Assembly: GCF_009914755.1 (NCBI RefSeq)
Contig: NC_060943.1
Length of the DNA stretch: 64,000 nt
Origin: the human T2T-CHM13v2.0 reference genome, Homo sapiens
Direction: 5' to 3' (one strand)
Part shown: piece by piece, positions 32,551 through 62,248 of the stretch
Numbering within the stretch: position 1 is the stretch's first letter
Layout of the letters: each line of letters begins with the position of its first letter
The notes under the pieces: generated by a model
Database searches by the model: none
Told to the model about the DNA's origin: nothing
Seen by the model: only the letters and a program-made list of their open reading frames with translations
Program-made: the position numbers and the translations under genes

Positions 32551-32707
32551 CTGTGCCTCTATTCCAAACCCTAACCCTCACTGTTAGGAGAGATGAGTGG
32601 CCACTGAAATAGAAGCACAGAGCTGGGTGCTCCATCCTCACAGCATGGTAACATCCCTATTGCCCGCTTGTCTGGTTTCCAGAACGTCTGTATTTGTCCT
32701 GAGTCAG

Positions 32708-33015
32708 TGTGACAGGCTACATTTCCTGAAGATAGCTGTAATCATCGCCCCGTCCCTCAGGCTCTTCTTACGATGAGACTGACACTTTCCCCTGTCTCAT
32801 CCCATCAAAGTGCTGATTGGCAGTGAGGTATACCTTGATAAATAAAAGCCCTTGAAACCGGGAGGGCTTTTGTGACTTTTTCACCCAATGGCCTGTGGCC
32901 GCCAAAAAGATGTAGCTTCTGTTTTATTTGCTAAAATATTAACTCCAGCCTTTGGCAGCTCTATGAGCTGACTGACTGCCCCGAGGTAGTTACGCCGTGA
33001 GGCGGCTCAGACTAA
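32708..33015 (+). mobile_element. Old MLT1-type MaLR LTR fragment
   Basis: tgtgacaggctacatttcctgaagatagc...cccttgaaaccgggagggcttttgtgact similar to the MLT1F/G 5' end. Confidence 0.5.
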
Positions 33016-33017
33016 CC

Positions 33018-33974
<957 letters not shown>

Positions 33975-34474
33975 CTAATTAAGCCCCAAGACCTATGGTT
34001 CCCAAACTAGATGCCAAGACACCCTGGGGGGACTACAGCAAATTCATAGCAGGCCACAGCAGTGCCATGCAGGTAAACGTTTACCAGCCGGTTCTCAACA
34101 TTCGCTAGAGAAGAGTCGTATTTTTTTTGCTTCTGTTTGCAAAGCCACCATTCGCTGGCTCCAGCACACAACTGGTTACAGCATCTTTAAATTTTTCAAG
34201 TGAAACACAGTGATAGTTGACATCTCTCAGACACCACCATGACCTCATGGCTTGGGACAGTCCACAGTTTCAACATTAGATTATGCTACATTTGGGGGAT
34301 GATATTATCTCTGTAAAGCTGAGTTTTTGGCAGTTCCATGATTAAAAGCAACCACTACCTGTTTGTGGAACAGGAAAGGAGGGTGGTAGTGTCCAATCTG
34401 ATTCCAAAGTGTGATAGGTTGTACAGTGCCCAACAGGTGCGTATACCCTTTTAGTAAGTAATCAGTGCCCTTTA

Positions 34475-34615
<141 letters not shown>

Positions 34616-35356
34616 CTACTAAAAATACAAAAAGTAGCCAGGCGTGGTGGCGCACGCCTGCAGCCTCAGCTACTCTGGTGCCTGAAGCAGGAGGATCACT
34701 TGGACCCCAGAGGCGGAGGTTACAGTGAGCCGAGATTGCACCACTGCACTCCAGGCTGGGTGACAAAGCAAGACTCTGTATCAATTAAAAAAAAAAAAGG
34801 ATGAAATACAATATTTTTTCTTTCAATTTGTGTGCATTACTTTTTCAACTGGTGCTAAGTTGCTAGAACATAATACTTCTTAAGTTGTGTGAACATAACT
34901 GCTTAATAACGGCCACCACGTATTTCTTTTTGGGTCAGGGACACCATGAGAAAATGACTGAGGTGCTGTGAACTGAGAATGTGGGGGATCCTCTGCACGA
35001 GCTCTCTTGTCCATCTACAGGAATTAGGAGAGAGAAACAAGCTGGAAGACACTGCGAAGGAACAATCAGGCAAATCTAGAATGTGGGGCATTCTAGGAGA
35101 CAACCAGCCTGGTCCCTCCAAAAAGTCCCCATGATGGGGCAGAGAAACTGGCTGGAGTGGTTGCTCTAAGTTAAAATAGATTAAGGAGATACAACCACCA
35201 CATGCAGTGCTTGAGCCTTGCTTGGATCCTGGTTTGCAACATTTCTTTTTTCTTTTTTTTTTTTTTTGGGAGTGGGGGTCTCACTTTTTTGCTTAAGCTG
35301 GAGTGCAGTGGCACAATCATAGCTCACTGCAGCCTCCAACTCCTGGGCTTAAGTGA

Positions 35357-35955
<599 letters not shown>

Positions 35956-36223
35956 TAAGTTTACTCTTCTTGGGTGTGATATGATATAATATTGTAGTTA
36001 TGTAGGAGAATGTTCTTATTCTTTTCTTTCTTTTTTTTTTTTTTATTTTTGTTTTTGAGACAAGGTCTCACTCTGTTGCCCAGGCCGGAGGGCAGTGGCA
36101 CAGTCTTGGCTTGGTGTAACCTCTGCCTCCCAGGTTCAAGCCATCTTCTCTTTTCAGCCTCCTGGGTAGCTGGGACTACAGGTGTGCACCACCATGGCTG
36201 GCTAATTTTTGTATTTTTTGTAG

Positions 36224-36358
<135 letters not shown>

Positions 36359-36599
36359 TAGGAGATTCGTATGGAAGCATTTGCGTCTGCAACCTCTTCT
36401 CAAATCATTCAGCATCTCAAATATTAACAACGATGGAATCAAAGCGGTGGGCATATGGATGCTCAATGTTTTTTCAACTTTCTGGATATATGACATTTCT
36501 CATAAAAAATTTGGGGGAGATTCATCTGAGAGAAGTCACATTTAGGGCAGGTTGTTGCTTGCAATTAACCACTCCCCTCCTGCATAAACGCTTTTCCCT

Positions 36600-39830
<3,231 letters not shown>

Positions 39831-40516
39831 ATGGAATTTGTGGAATTTTACATACAATCCATGCAGGCTTCTCTGCACTTTAAATACCTTTCCTGAAACA
39901 GAATCATCCTTCCCCATAACAAAACATTAATTGTTCTTGTTGGTCTGCCATGCATGAGATAAGTGCTTGGATTACCTCTGACCCCACCAACAATCCTGCA
40001 AGGAAGGTGCTATTAATATCCTCCTCTCCACTTTACAGAGAAGACTCAAGTGCAAAGAGCTGAGGTGCTTACACAAGACCACCGCACAGGAACGAAGCGT
40101 CGGAGTGTGGAATCGAGACCTGTTCTACTGCACTCCAGAGCACATGTTCTTTCTACTCTGCCATAATGTTTGGGACAAAATTGAATCATGAGGGTTTTTT
40201 TCTTCCATTACAAATGTAACACATCGCTCCTGCGTACGGCTGGGATGAGTCACTGGCACCAGACGTGCCCTCCTGCAAAAAACAGCTATGAAACTGGACA
40301 AAATACAGGAGGGCCACTGTTTTCAGGCGTTGAACAGTGGAAAGAGGACTGCGATCCTTGAGAAGAGACGATGGTGAAGGTGAGCCCATGTGTTGGCCCA
40401 GGTTCCTCACTGGGAGCCCTGTCCCTACCACAGCACAGAGATACGGGGCTAAAACAATGCAGTTGTTTTTTTGTGTTTTCTCTTCTCTTCTTTCTATTAT
40501 CTTTTTTTTTTTTTGA

Positions 40517-41331
<815 letters not shown>

Positions 41332-41919
41332 CACGCCTGGATAATTTTTGTATTTTTAGTAGAGACGGGGTTTTGCTGTGTTGCCAAAACTGGTCTTGAA
41401 CTCCTGGCCTCAAGGGATCTGCCCGTCTCAGCTTCCGAAAGTGTTGGGATTACAGGCGTGAGCCACCGTGCCTGGCCCAGAGCAGTCTTACTGAGCCGAG
41501 GAGACAGAGAGAGGGCTCTGGGGGCTGCTGACAAGGCTGGAATTTGCAGGATAGGGCAGTGGGGAAAAGGGAGCCGCATGAGGTGGGCCCCCAGAAGCCT
41601 GTGTGTAGTTCACCATAGGTCCTTGGCTAAGGACTGGACGGTGTCTGCAGAGGACAAGACTCCATGAGTACCAGTCGGGGGTAGCTGCTACAAAGATGAG
41701 AGATGAACAGAAATAAAAGCCGTCATGCAGCGCTAGGAGATGAGTCTCCAGCCCAGCCAGAGTGGGAGGGCCTCACTAAGCTCCTGGGCACTCAGCTGAA
41801 AGCTCAGGAAGGCCATGCTTTAGGAGTAAGGCCCTGACTTAATATTCTGTTGAGTGGATACAGCATGGTTAATTTAACCATTCCTTTCTAGTTGGATACT
41901 CTGGTAATTTTATTTTTCA

Positions 41920-42303
<384 letters not shown>

Positions 42304-42306
42304 TCA

Positions 42307-42615
<309 letters not shown>

Positions 42616-43042
42616 TCAGGGTATGGACATTGTTCCTGTATTTGACACCTTTCACCAATTTGCTTTCCAAAATTGTGGCAATTTACCTTCTGACAACTGA
42701 GTATCAGCATGCATGTCTGTTTGGCTGCACTCTCTCTAGCATTTGGTAGAAGCTTAAAACATTTGTTGCTCATTTGATGGGCAGAGGAAGGAATCACTGA
42801 GCTGTTGTAATGCTATGCCTTTGGGCTTTATAAAAGGAACTAAATGAAACAGTTAATGTGAAAATTGCTTTAGCTTCTGCAGAAAACTTTTGTTAATGAC
42901 CCAGCAATTCAACTCATAGGAACTTATATTCAGGAAGTCATCAGAGAGGTAGACAAAAATATACACACAGAGATGTATCTCATAGAATCATTTATTATAG
43001 CCAAATCTGAAAAAAACTTAAGTGTTAATGGAGTACATGTGA

Positions 43043-43609
<567 letters not shown>

Positions 43610-43683
43610 TAGAGATGGGGTTTTGTCATGTTTGCCCTGGCTGGTCTCAAACTCTTGGGCTCAAGCCCCCTGGGCTCAAGTGA

Positions 43684-44073
<390 letters not shown>

Positions 44074-44499
44074 TGACTAATAATTTTATTATTTTTATTT
44101 TTTTGAGACAGAGTAACCTATAATTTTAGCACTTGGGAAGGCCAGGGTGGGAGGATAGCTTGAGCCCAGGAGTTTGAGACCAGCCTGGGAAACATAGGGA
44201 GACCCCCGTCTCTGCAAAGAATCAGAAAAATTAGCCAGGCGTGGTGATACGTGCCTGCTCAGGAGGCTGAGGTGGAGGATCTCTTATCGGTGACAGGCTC
44301 TTCCACCTGGTACTTTCCCTCTACTTCGTGCTGCGTTTTGGCTGACAATAGCCTTAAGGGAGAGGAAATCAATATATATTCCCCCCATAGGACTGGCAAA
44401 ACCAAAGTTAACTGGTGTAGTAAGCATTGATGAGATGGGCTGGGCCAGTGGCTCACTCCTGTAATCCCAGCACTTTGGGAGGCCAACACAGGCGGATCA

Positions 44500-44715
<216 letters not shown>

Positions 44716-44907
44716 TTAAAAAAAAAGCACTGATGAGGATGTGGGGGAACAGGTCCTCTGTCCCATTACCAGCAGAAAGAAAATCAGGCTGGGCTCAGTG
44801 GCTCATGCCTGTAATCCCAGAACTTTGGGAGGCTGAGGCGGGTGGATCACCTGAGGTCAGGAGTTGGAGACCAGCCTGGTCAACATGGTGAAACCCCGTC
44901 TCTACTA

Positions 44908-45063
<156 letters not shown>

Positions 45064-45490
45064 TCACAAACACACACACAAAAAGTGAAAATCAGTATGT
45101 CTACCAATGGTTCCACACCCTTGCCACGGCCTCATCGTGTATGTGGGGTGCTTCCTTGCCCTTTAACTCTGCACAGTTGACTTGACTTGACTTGCTTTGG
45201 CCAATGGCATGTGGGTGGATGCACCAGCGTCTGAGTCTAGGCTTTCAGAAGCCTTGCATCTGCCTCTAGTCCGCTTGTGCCCCAGCCGTCACCACGAGAC
45301 GCTCTCCCTGGCAGCCTACCTTCTCTCAACCTGGGCCCCAGAATGAGATGCTTGGAGCGGACCTGAGCCAGCCAGACCTGCAGCTTCAAGCAGAGCAGCC
45401 CTAGAAAAGTCTGGCTAGGCCGGGTGCAGTGGCTCACGCCTGTAATCCCAGCACTTTGGGAGGCCAAGGCAGGTGAATCACTTGAGGTCA

Positions 45491-45697
<207 letters not shown>

Positions 45698-45799
45698 TCA
45701 AAACAAAACAAAACAAAAAACAAATAAACAAAAAAGCAGAAAAGCCTGGCTAGATCAAGAACACATGAAGTTGCTGAGTTTTTGGTATTTGTTATGTAG

Positions 45800-46440
45800 A
45801 AATACTTGACAGTTCCAGGAATTGTTTATTAAAATTAAAATGAATACATTCATATAACTTGATAATTCTAACTCTCCTTATTAGACATGTCTCCAAGGAA
45901 ACTCATGTAAAGATGTTCATAGCAACATTGTTTGTAAAAGCAAAGAAACCAAGAATAACCCAAATGTCCAGCAAGAGGAGAGCGGACAAAGAAACGCCGA
46001 GTTCTATGGAATACTACTGCAGCTTTTAAAAGGAAGAGGACAAGCTCTTTAAATAAATCTGGATAGATTTCCAAGACATATTGTTGAGTTAAAAAAGCAA
46101 GCTGCAGAACAATATGTACAGTAGGATCCCATTTATGTTAAAAGACACTCATATGCTTGCTCAAAACAATACTACTCATTTACTATACAATACTATGCAT
46201 ATACTCTATTACCACACACGCACACACATGCACACACATGCATGCACACACACACATGCAGCATGCACTCACTTTTAGACAAAGATCCAGAAGGATCAAC
46301 CATAAACCAATAATCATGGTTACTTCCAGAGAAGAGATGTAGATGAGAGAGAGGTGACCAAAGGGAATTTTAGCTTTGCCTGTAAGCTTTTTTTAAGAAG
46401 CAAGGAAAGTCTATCTGTATATTATTTGTACAATTTAAAA
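45800..46440 (+). mobile_element. Old L1M 3' remnant
   Basis: gatgttcatagcaacattgtttgtaaaagc...cccaaatgtcca...atggaatactactgcagc is typical L1 ORF2-end/3'UTR sequence. Confidence 0.55.
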
Positions 46441-46479
46441 GTAATTTTCCTTTTCTTTTTTTTTTTTTTTTTGAGATAG

Positions 46480-46641
<162 letters not shown>

Positions 46642-47007
46642 TAGAGATGGGGTCTTGCCATGTTGTCCATGTCGGTCTTGAACTCCTGGGCTCAAGTGAT
46701 CCTCCCACCTCGGCCTCCCAAAGTGCTGGGATTACAGGTGTGAGCCGCTGCGCCCAGCCTAAAAATAATTTTGTAAAAGGAAGAAATATATATGAATATA
46801 TACATCCATGCATACTATGAATATAAACATAGGGCCTTATTTTAAATGTCCTTTGTGGCAGACAGGCCTGAATTCAAATCCTGCTACTGCCACCAGCTAA
46901 CTGTGTCACTAGACAAGTCCATTCTTTCACTTGGAACCTCTGTTTCCTCATATGTAAAAACGGGGATACTCATTTATATTTAATAGGGTTGTCATCAAAG
47001 TAAATTA

Positions 47008-47388
<381 letters not shown>

Positions 47389-47509
47389 TTAAATACGAAT
47401 TCTTTCCCTTCCACTTCCCAGTCCCTGCTACCCCTAACCTTGCTCCTAAGCCATGAGTCATGCTGTGGTGACTATTTTGTAGGTGCCTCCTTAGCACTTA
47501 CATTCCCTA

Positions 47510-48723
<1,214 letters not shown>

Positions 48724-49390
48724 TCACTGAAACCTCTGCCTCGCTGGCTCAAGCAATCCTCCCACCTCAGCCTCCCGAGTAACTAGGACCACAGACATAC
48801 ACACTAATACGCCCAGCTAATTTTTGCATTTTTTGTAGAGATGGGGTTTTGCCATGTTGCCCAAGCTGGTCCGAAACTCCTGGGCTCAAATATCCACCCA
48901 CCTCAGCCTCCCAAAGTGCTGGGATTACAGGTGTGACCACCACACCCAGCCCAATGCAACCTTTGATTCCTACAAAGGCATCTCTATTTTTGGTGGCAGA
49001 AACACCTTTCTCTCCAAATAGCCCATGTGTCCTTCCTGGACATATCTCTTTGGATACACTGGGTCCTCTCAGCTTCAGACAGAGGACTCAGGCTTGGTTA
49101 ATCAGAGAATTTACAATCTCTGGCCATACTGACTGGTTCATGGATGGTCATGTGAGCAAAACTGGGCCAAAGCAGAGAATTAAGCCAAAGTTGCTAAGGG
49201 GGTTGGATGTGAGCCTGATAATACTGATGGTCATATTTCCAGCATGAGGGAACAGCTTATGTGAAGCGAAGCCAGTCAGAGGGAATGAGGACTCAGAGAT
49301 GCAGAGGCACATTCCCCACGACATCGTTTGAGTGCTTGGATCTAGTCCTGCCTGAAGTTCTAGGCTAGCCATGACTTTTCAGCTACATGA

Positions 49391-49716
<326 letters not shown>

Positions 49717-50402
49717 TGAACCTCCTTCTTAAAATTCAGCCAATTTGAATTGGGGTCTGTCTTTTGCAAGTGGACTAATCCTTTGAGAATCTGATGACAG
49801 CTATAAATTTTTTTTCCTTGAGAAAAACGCATGTGGACAAACCTTTATATACAATTTCAGGGAAACTTTTGACCCCTGAAGTCAGGCCCCAGCTTATGAA
49901 GTCCTGCTGTGTTCCAGGCTGTATCGCCAGCAAGGCATCAAAAAGGAGAGAAGAGACAGAGTATCTTCAGGGAGCCCAGGATGCCCAGTCCTTCTCTCCA
50001 ATCCTGAAGAGGAGTTTTGATATAGGTCATAAACCACTGGATCAAGGAATGAAAGGTGGGAGTTCTCCGCGGGAGGCATAAAAAGGCTCTTTGCGATCAC
50101 TGCACTCAGCCTCTTTGAGAGAATCTCTCAGCCCTACTTTTGGAATCTACTGATTCCAATCTACTTTTGGAATCTAAGAGCCTCTCTTGGATCTCTTTCC
50201 TGGATTATGATTATATTTCTCTTTCCCCTCTTTCCACACTTGGAAGAACCCAAGATCAGAGTGACACAGTACGTGCCCAAGATACACAGCAAAGATATGA
50301 AGCGGGTTTTGAATTCTGGCCTCGTTAGCTCTTTTACACATAGAAGGTCTTTCTTTTTCTTTCTTTTCTTTTCTTTTTTCTCTCTTTCTTTTTTTTTTTT
50401 TT

Positions 50403-51100
<698 letters not shown>

Positions 51101-51535
51101 TTTATAGAGAGTGTTTCAATGGCTTCCCTCCCCTCTTAGAATACAAAAGCAGGATCTCACTGTGGCCACCGGGCCTTATAAGATTTGTCACTTGTCTCTC
51201 TGCCCTCGTTTGGAGTCCCTCTCACCGTCATTCATTAGGCTCCTTCCAGCCATGTTGGTTTTCTGTCTGTCCCTCAAATGTGCCAAACATGCTCCTTTGT
51301 CCCTGCTCCTCCCTGTGCCTACAGCCGATGCTGGATAACCTAAGATGCAGACCACAAACATGCTCAAGAAACCAGCAAAGTGTGGGCTCGCCCAAATTCT
51401 TTCTTGAAAAAAGTTTCATATTGTAAAGAAGTCATCATGGGAAAAAACAAAATGTAGATTCCTTTTTTGGCCTATCATACTCTCGTTGTCAGATTTTGGT
51501 ATTAAAGTTAGGCCAGCTGGATCTTCCGGCTGGTT

Positions 51536-51870
51536 GCTCCTCCTCCTCCTCCTCCTTCTTTCTTCTTTTCCTTCCCCCTTCCTTCCTGCCTTCCTTCTTT
51601 CCTTCCTTCCTCCCTCCCTCCCTCCCTTCTTCCTTCCCTCCCTTCCTTCCTTCCCTCCCTTCTTCCTCCCTTCACTCTTCCCTCCCTTCCTTCCTTCTTT
51701 CCTTCCTTCCTTCCCTCCTTCCTCCCTTCTCTCTTCCCTCCCTCCCTTCCTTCTTTCCTTCCTTCCTTCTTTCCTCTCTCTTTCCCTCCCTCCCTCCCTC
51801 CCTCCCTCCCTCCTTCCCTTCCTTCCTCCCTTCCTTCCTTCCTTCCTTCCTCCTTTCTTATTCCTTTCTT
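51536..51870. repeat. (CCTT/CCCT)n polypyrimidine repeat
   Basis: About 330 bp pyrimidine tract. Confidence 0.95.
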
Positions 51871-52149
51871 CAAGACAGAGTCTCGCTCTGTCGCCTAGGC
51901 TGGAGTGCAGTGGTGCAATCTCGGCCCGCTGCAACCTCTGCCTCCCGCAATCAAGCGATTCTTGTGCGTCATCCAGCATAGCTGGAATCACAGGCAGGCG
52001 CTACTGTGCCTGGCTAATTTTTGTATTTTGAGTAGAGACAGGGTTTTGCCATGTTGGCCAGGCTGGTCTTGAACTCCTGCCCTCAAGTGATCTTCCTACC
52101 TCCCAAAGTGCTGGATTACAGGTGTGAACCACTGTGCCTGGCCTGGAAT

Positions 52150-52790
52150 TATTTCCTCTTTAAATGTTTAGCAACATTTAGTGCCAGTGACACTGTATGG
52201 ACCCAGAATTTTCTTTGCGGTTAATCTTTTAAAAATTACTGATTTGATTTGTTTCATGGTTTTGGACTAACTGAATGCTATATTTTATCTTGAGTCATTT
52301 TTGGTAAGTTATAGCTTTCCAGGAATTTGTCCATTTCAGCTATATTTTAAAATTTGTTAGCGTAAAGTTGTTCTTAATAAAGTTCCCTCTTAAAAATTCC
52401 TGATATTGGCTATTTGTGCTTTTTTCTTTCTCTTTTTAATCACTATCACTGGAGGTTTGACTATCTTACTAGGCTTTTCAAGTAACCAACTTTGGTGTAG
52501 TTGATTATCCTAACTCTATGTTTGTTTTCTATATGACTTTTTTCATTTTTATTATTTTTTCCATTTCCTTATTTTTTTGGATTTTTTTAGTTATTCTTTT
52601 TCTAACTCCTTGAGATGAATGTATTTAGTGCCATGAATTTCCCTTGAAGTTCTGCTTTATGCATTCACGTTTAAAAATATATAGTTTTTTTTTTTACCAT
52701 ACAGTTAAAAGTGTTTTACAGCTTCCATTAGGATTTCTTCATTGACCCAGGAGTTATTTAAAAGAACATTTTTTAATTTGTGAGAATTTT
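52150..52790 (-). mobile_element. Old L1 remnant (antisense, T-rich)
   Basis: ttggtaagtt...ccaggaatttgtccatttc...ttcattgaccc. Confidence 0.5.
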
Positions 52791-52888
52791 TTTTTTTTTT
52801 TTGATGAGGTCACACTCTATCACCCAGGCTGGAGTACAGTGGCCAGATCTCTGTTCACTGCAACCTCTGCCTCCCCGGACTCAAATGA

Positions 52889-53588
<700 letters not shown>

Positions 53589-53767
53589 TAAGCCCGGCTA
53601 ATTTTTAGTATTTTTAGTGGAAATGGGGTTTTGCCATGTTGGTCAGGCTAGTCTTAAATTCCTGACCTCAGATGATCCATCTGTCTTGGCCTCACAAAGT
53701 GCTGGGATTACAGATGTGAGCCACCGCGCCCAGCCTAAAGTTATCTTTTTTTTTTTTTTTTTTTTAG

Positions 53768-53938
<171 letters not shown>

Positions 53939-54114
53939 TGATCCACCCACCTCAGCATCCACCCACCTCGGCCTCCCAAAGTGCTGGGATTATAGGCATG
54001 AGCCATCGCGCCCGGCCAACTTATCTTTTTATTATTAACTTATAACAACCTACCTATGGTAATGACCATATTTATTCTGTATGATGTCATGTCAAACATT
54101 TGAAATGTGTTACG

Positions 54115-57350
<3,236 letters not shown>

Positions 57351-57450
57351 ATACGTATCTATGTTTGTATAGAACAATTGGAACATGTCGACATCATTCT
57401 TGAAATATATTTTCACTGGCTGGGCATGGTGACTCATGCCTGTAATTCTA

Positions 57451-57880
<430 letters not shown>

Positions 57881-57977
57881 ATTGACAGTTATTTTCTATC
57901 AGCACGTTGATCTTATTCTAGATTCCATTGTTACTGATGTAACAATGTCAGTTGTTATGCAAATTATTTATTTTTTT

Positions 57978-58027
57978 AAAAGCCAGTCCAATTTAGCAGT
58001 AAGAGGTTGTATAACAACTCGCAGTGA
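57978..58027 (-). pseudogene. 5'-truncated Y4 RNA (RNY4) retropseudogene
   Basis: AAAAGCCAGTCCAATTTAGCAGTAAGAGGTTGTATAACAACT..AGTGA is the reverse complement of the hY4 3' half (…TCACTAAAGTTGGTATACAACCCCCCACTGCTAAATTTGACTGGCTTT). Adjacent T-rich tract corresponds to a poly(A) tail. Confidence 0.8.
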
Positions 58028-58414
58028 ATTTCTTTTTTAAGACAAGGTCTCACTCTATTGCCAAGGCTAGGATGCAGTGGTGCAGTCATGGCTCACTGCA
58101 GCCGCAACCTCTTGGGCTCAAATGATTCTCCTGCCTCAGCCTCCTAAGTGAGTAGCTGGGACTACAGGCTGTGCCACCATGCCTGGCTAAGTTTTTAAAA
58201 AAATTTTTGTAGAGACAGTCTTGCTATGTTGCCTAGGCTGGTCTCAAACTCCTGGCCTTAAGCAATCCTCCTGCCACAGAGGCTTCCCAGAGTGCTGGGA
58301 TAACTGATGTGAGACACCACACCTGGCCCTCCAACTATTGATCTTTTAAAGGACATCTGTCTTTTTTCTCTAGCTGCTGATGAGATCTCTTTGCCTTTAG
58401 TGTTCTGCAAACAT

Positions 58415-58750
58415 ACTGCCGCGGGTGCGACTGCTGGGGCCGGTGTCGCGGTCATTAAAGGAATTTACCGAGACAGTCATAGCTAAAGAAAAGCAGATTT
58501 ATTGGAGAAAGTATGAAGATACATTGCAAGGTTGCAATGGGCTGCACAGCAAAGAAGCGGCTGTTTGCAAAGAGGCAGGGGCTAGAGGGATGAGTTTATG
58601 CTGCTGAGGTTACATGCGGAGTGAGGTATTTGGGAGCAGGATGTTGTGCCAGCCTGTTGTCTGTGATTAGTCATCTCTCAGAACAATTGTTTTCCCCAAC
58701 CTGGGACCCCTTCCTTTTTGCTTACTTATTTTGTCAGGACTCCACGCATA
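58415..58750 (-). mobile_element. ERV LTR fragment
   Basis: ggggccggtgtcgcggtcattaaaggaatttaccgagacag...gatttattgg has LTR R/U5 character, with AATAAA on the minus strand. Confidence 0.45.
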
Positions 58751-59782
58751 TTAATACAATGATGTTTCTAAGTGTAGATTTCTTTATACTTATGATTCAT
58801 TAGGCTTCTTGAATCTTTGAATTAGATTCTCTCCTCAATTTTGGAAAATTTGAAAAATCCGCCATTATTTTCTTAAATATTCTTTCTGCCATATTCTCTT
58901 TATCCCCTCTTTTGGGACTCAGAATATAGATAAGACTCTCTGTCTTATCTACACTCCATGCCACTTAACCTCTTTTACATGTTTCCTGCTTTGTCTCTTA
59001 TGGTGAATTGTGGATAACTTCTGTTGATCTATGTTCCAATTCACTATGTCTCTACTCAGCTGTTGCTTTTACTTTTAATCCTCTTTTAGAGTTTTTGTCA
59101 TTTTCAAAGTACCTAGATAATTTTTTATAGTTTCTCGGTCCCTTGCCATTGCAAAACAATGGCAATCTTATATTTTATATGAACAAACCACACTGTTTTA
59201 TGTCCCTCTGATAGTTCTAAAATCACAAGGATTAGTGGGTCTGTTTACAGTGTCTCTTATTTCTGCTAGTTCTTGCTCCTGGTACTTTGTGTTCTTGGTT
59301 ATACCTGCGTGCTGCTCACGTTCCTTGGGAAAAAAAAAATATGTTTACAGGAGTAATTTGAGGCCTTTAATGAAGATTATTTTCACCAGAGAGAATTATC
59401 TGTGTGTTGTCATCAAGAGTTTAAAAATACTTCCACTTGGGGACTTTAAGTCCACAACTTGAGGTCTTTTGGACCACCCATGGAATAGGCTGCCAAGTAA
59501 CAAACCAGGGCCAATTTACTTCTAGTTCCCCCTTACCCTGAGGGCATAGCCATTGCTTTCTCAGCTCAATGTGGACTCCCCACCTTGCTTGGGCCCTAGC
59601 TTTTTTTTGTTTTCCTTCCATCTAAGAAGCCATCCAAATAAAAGTTTAAATTTGCCAGGGTTATAAAATTCCCTTAGGGTAGAAGTACTCTGATTACTTC
59701 TCTGAGTTCCCAATTTTCCATCAGTTACAGCCTGATAAATCCTGTGAGCCTTCGGTGGTTTTTTTTTAAGTTACAGAAATTC

Positions 59783-59945
59783 TTTTAGAGATAGGGTCTT
59801 GCTATATTACCCATGCTGGAATGCAGTGGCTATTCACGAGCATATTCATTGTGCACTACAGCCTCAAACTCCTGGCCTCAAGGGGTCCTCCTGCCTCAGC
59901 CTCCTAGGTAGCTGGGACTACAAGTACAGGCCACTGTGCCAGGCC
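59783..59945 (-). mobile_element. FAM (fossil Alu monomer)
   Basis: Diagnostic gcagtggctattcac...gcactacagcctc segment of FAM/7SL origin. Confidence 0.75.
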
Positions 59946-60778
59946 AATGCCTTCAAGATTTAAAAAAACGCATCCAGCATTTTTAGTTGCTTTTAGTGGG
60001 AATGTTGGTCTGAATAACCTAGCCTGCCATTATCAGCAACCTCAATTACTCTGTCCTCTCATCTTTGCTTAATTTCTCTTCTTAGCATTTAACACTACTT
60101 GACATTATATATTTATTTGTCCACCAACTAGGCTGAAAGCTGCGTGGGTGCATGTACTTTGTTTGCTGCTGTCGTCTCCCTGGCACCCACAATAATGCCT
60201 GGAAAATAGTGAATACTCAATAGTTGTTGAATGAATGAATGAAAAAAGAATGATTTTGCTTAGTGCTTTGTGCCATGGCTACTGTGGGCCAAAGAAAGAG
60301 GACTGGGGGATTCAGTGTCAAGATCTTTCAAATCACAATTCCAAATCAAGGTCACAACTTAACCAAACTGGCAGAAGGAACCTCAAGTGTTCTTGGCTTT
60401 CAGTACTTCCCAGGTTTAGGTACTGAGCTGAGTGGCAGGTCTCAGCTACCGACGGGTTTGTGGGTTCCCGTCACTCTCTCTGGGTCTTTGCTCAGTTCGC
60501 CTATCTTTGCTTTTGTCTGTTGTCGTCACCCTTTACCAAGTCTCAGACAGCTCTGACCCTCTCATTTCCTTTCTTTGCCCTTTCTCTCTATTCATCTCTG
60601 TGACTCAGTCTCTGTGTCCTTATCTTTCTCTAGTGGGTCTTGATCATGTACTTCCCGTCACTCTCCTCCCCCATAAGATACAATTCTAATGGTTTCTGAC
60701 TTTGCCCGCACCCCTAATCTCTAGCTGCAGGATGTCTGACAAGCCATCTTCCATCTACCCCCGCGTCTTGCCTCATGA

Positions 60779-61445
<667 letters not shown>

Positions 61446-61448
61446 TGA

Positions 61449-61631
<183 letters not shown>

Positions 61632-62125
61632 TAATCTACTATTGCTTCCTGAATCTCTGATATTGACACCATTATCTCTGCCCCATCCATCTGAGTTTGT
61701 TCTCTTTGCCTCACTCGCTGTTGCCTCAGATTTTGTCTCTGGCACCATCTCCATATTTGTCACTTGTCCCCGTATCACTTCTGTTATCTCTGCCATGTGT
61801 CTAACACTGTCCACTATATCTTTATAGCCTTTGGGTCTCTGTCTTCTCTGTCTCTATGGCTGTCACCTTCTCTGTGTCGGCCACATCCCCTTATCTCTTT
61901 CTCCCCTATCACTGTCCCTTAGTCTCTGTCCCTTCTGTCACAGTCCTCCCTGTTTCTATTACTGTCCCCTTGGTATCTCTCCCATCTTCCTCCTTCCTCT
62001 TCTTCCCCTCTCCTTCTCCTTCTCCTTCCCCTTCTCCCTCTCCTCTCCCTCTCCTTCTTCTCTCTTTCTCTCACTTTTTCTTTTTTTTTTTTTTCTTTTG
62101 TTGTTGTTGCTTTGTGTTTTTTTGA

Positions 62126-62248
<123 letters not shown>

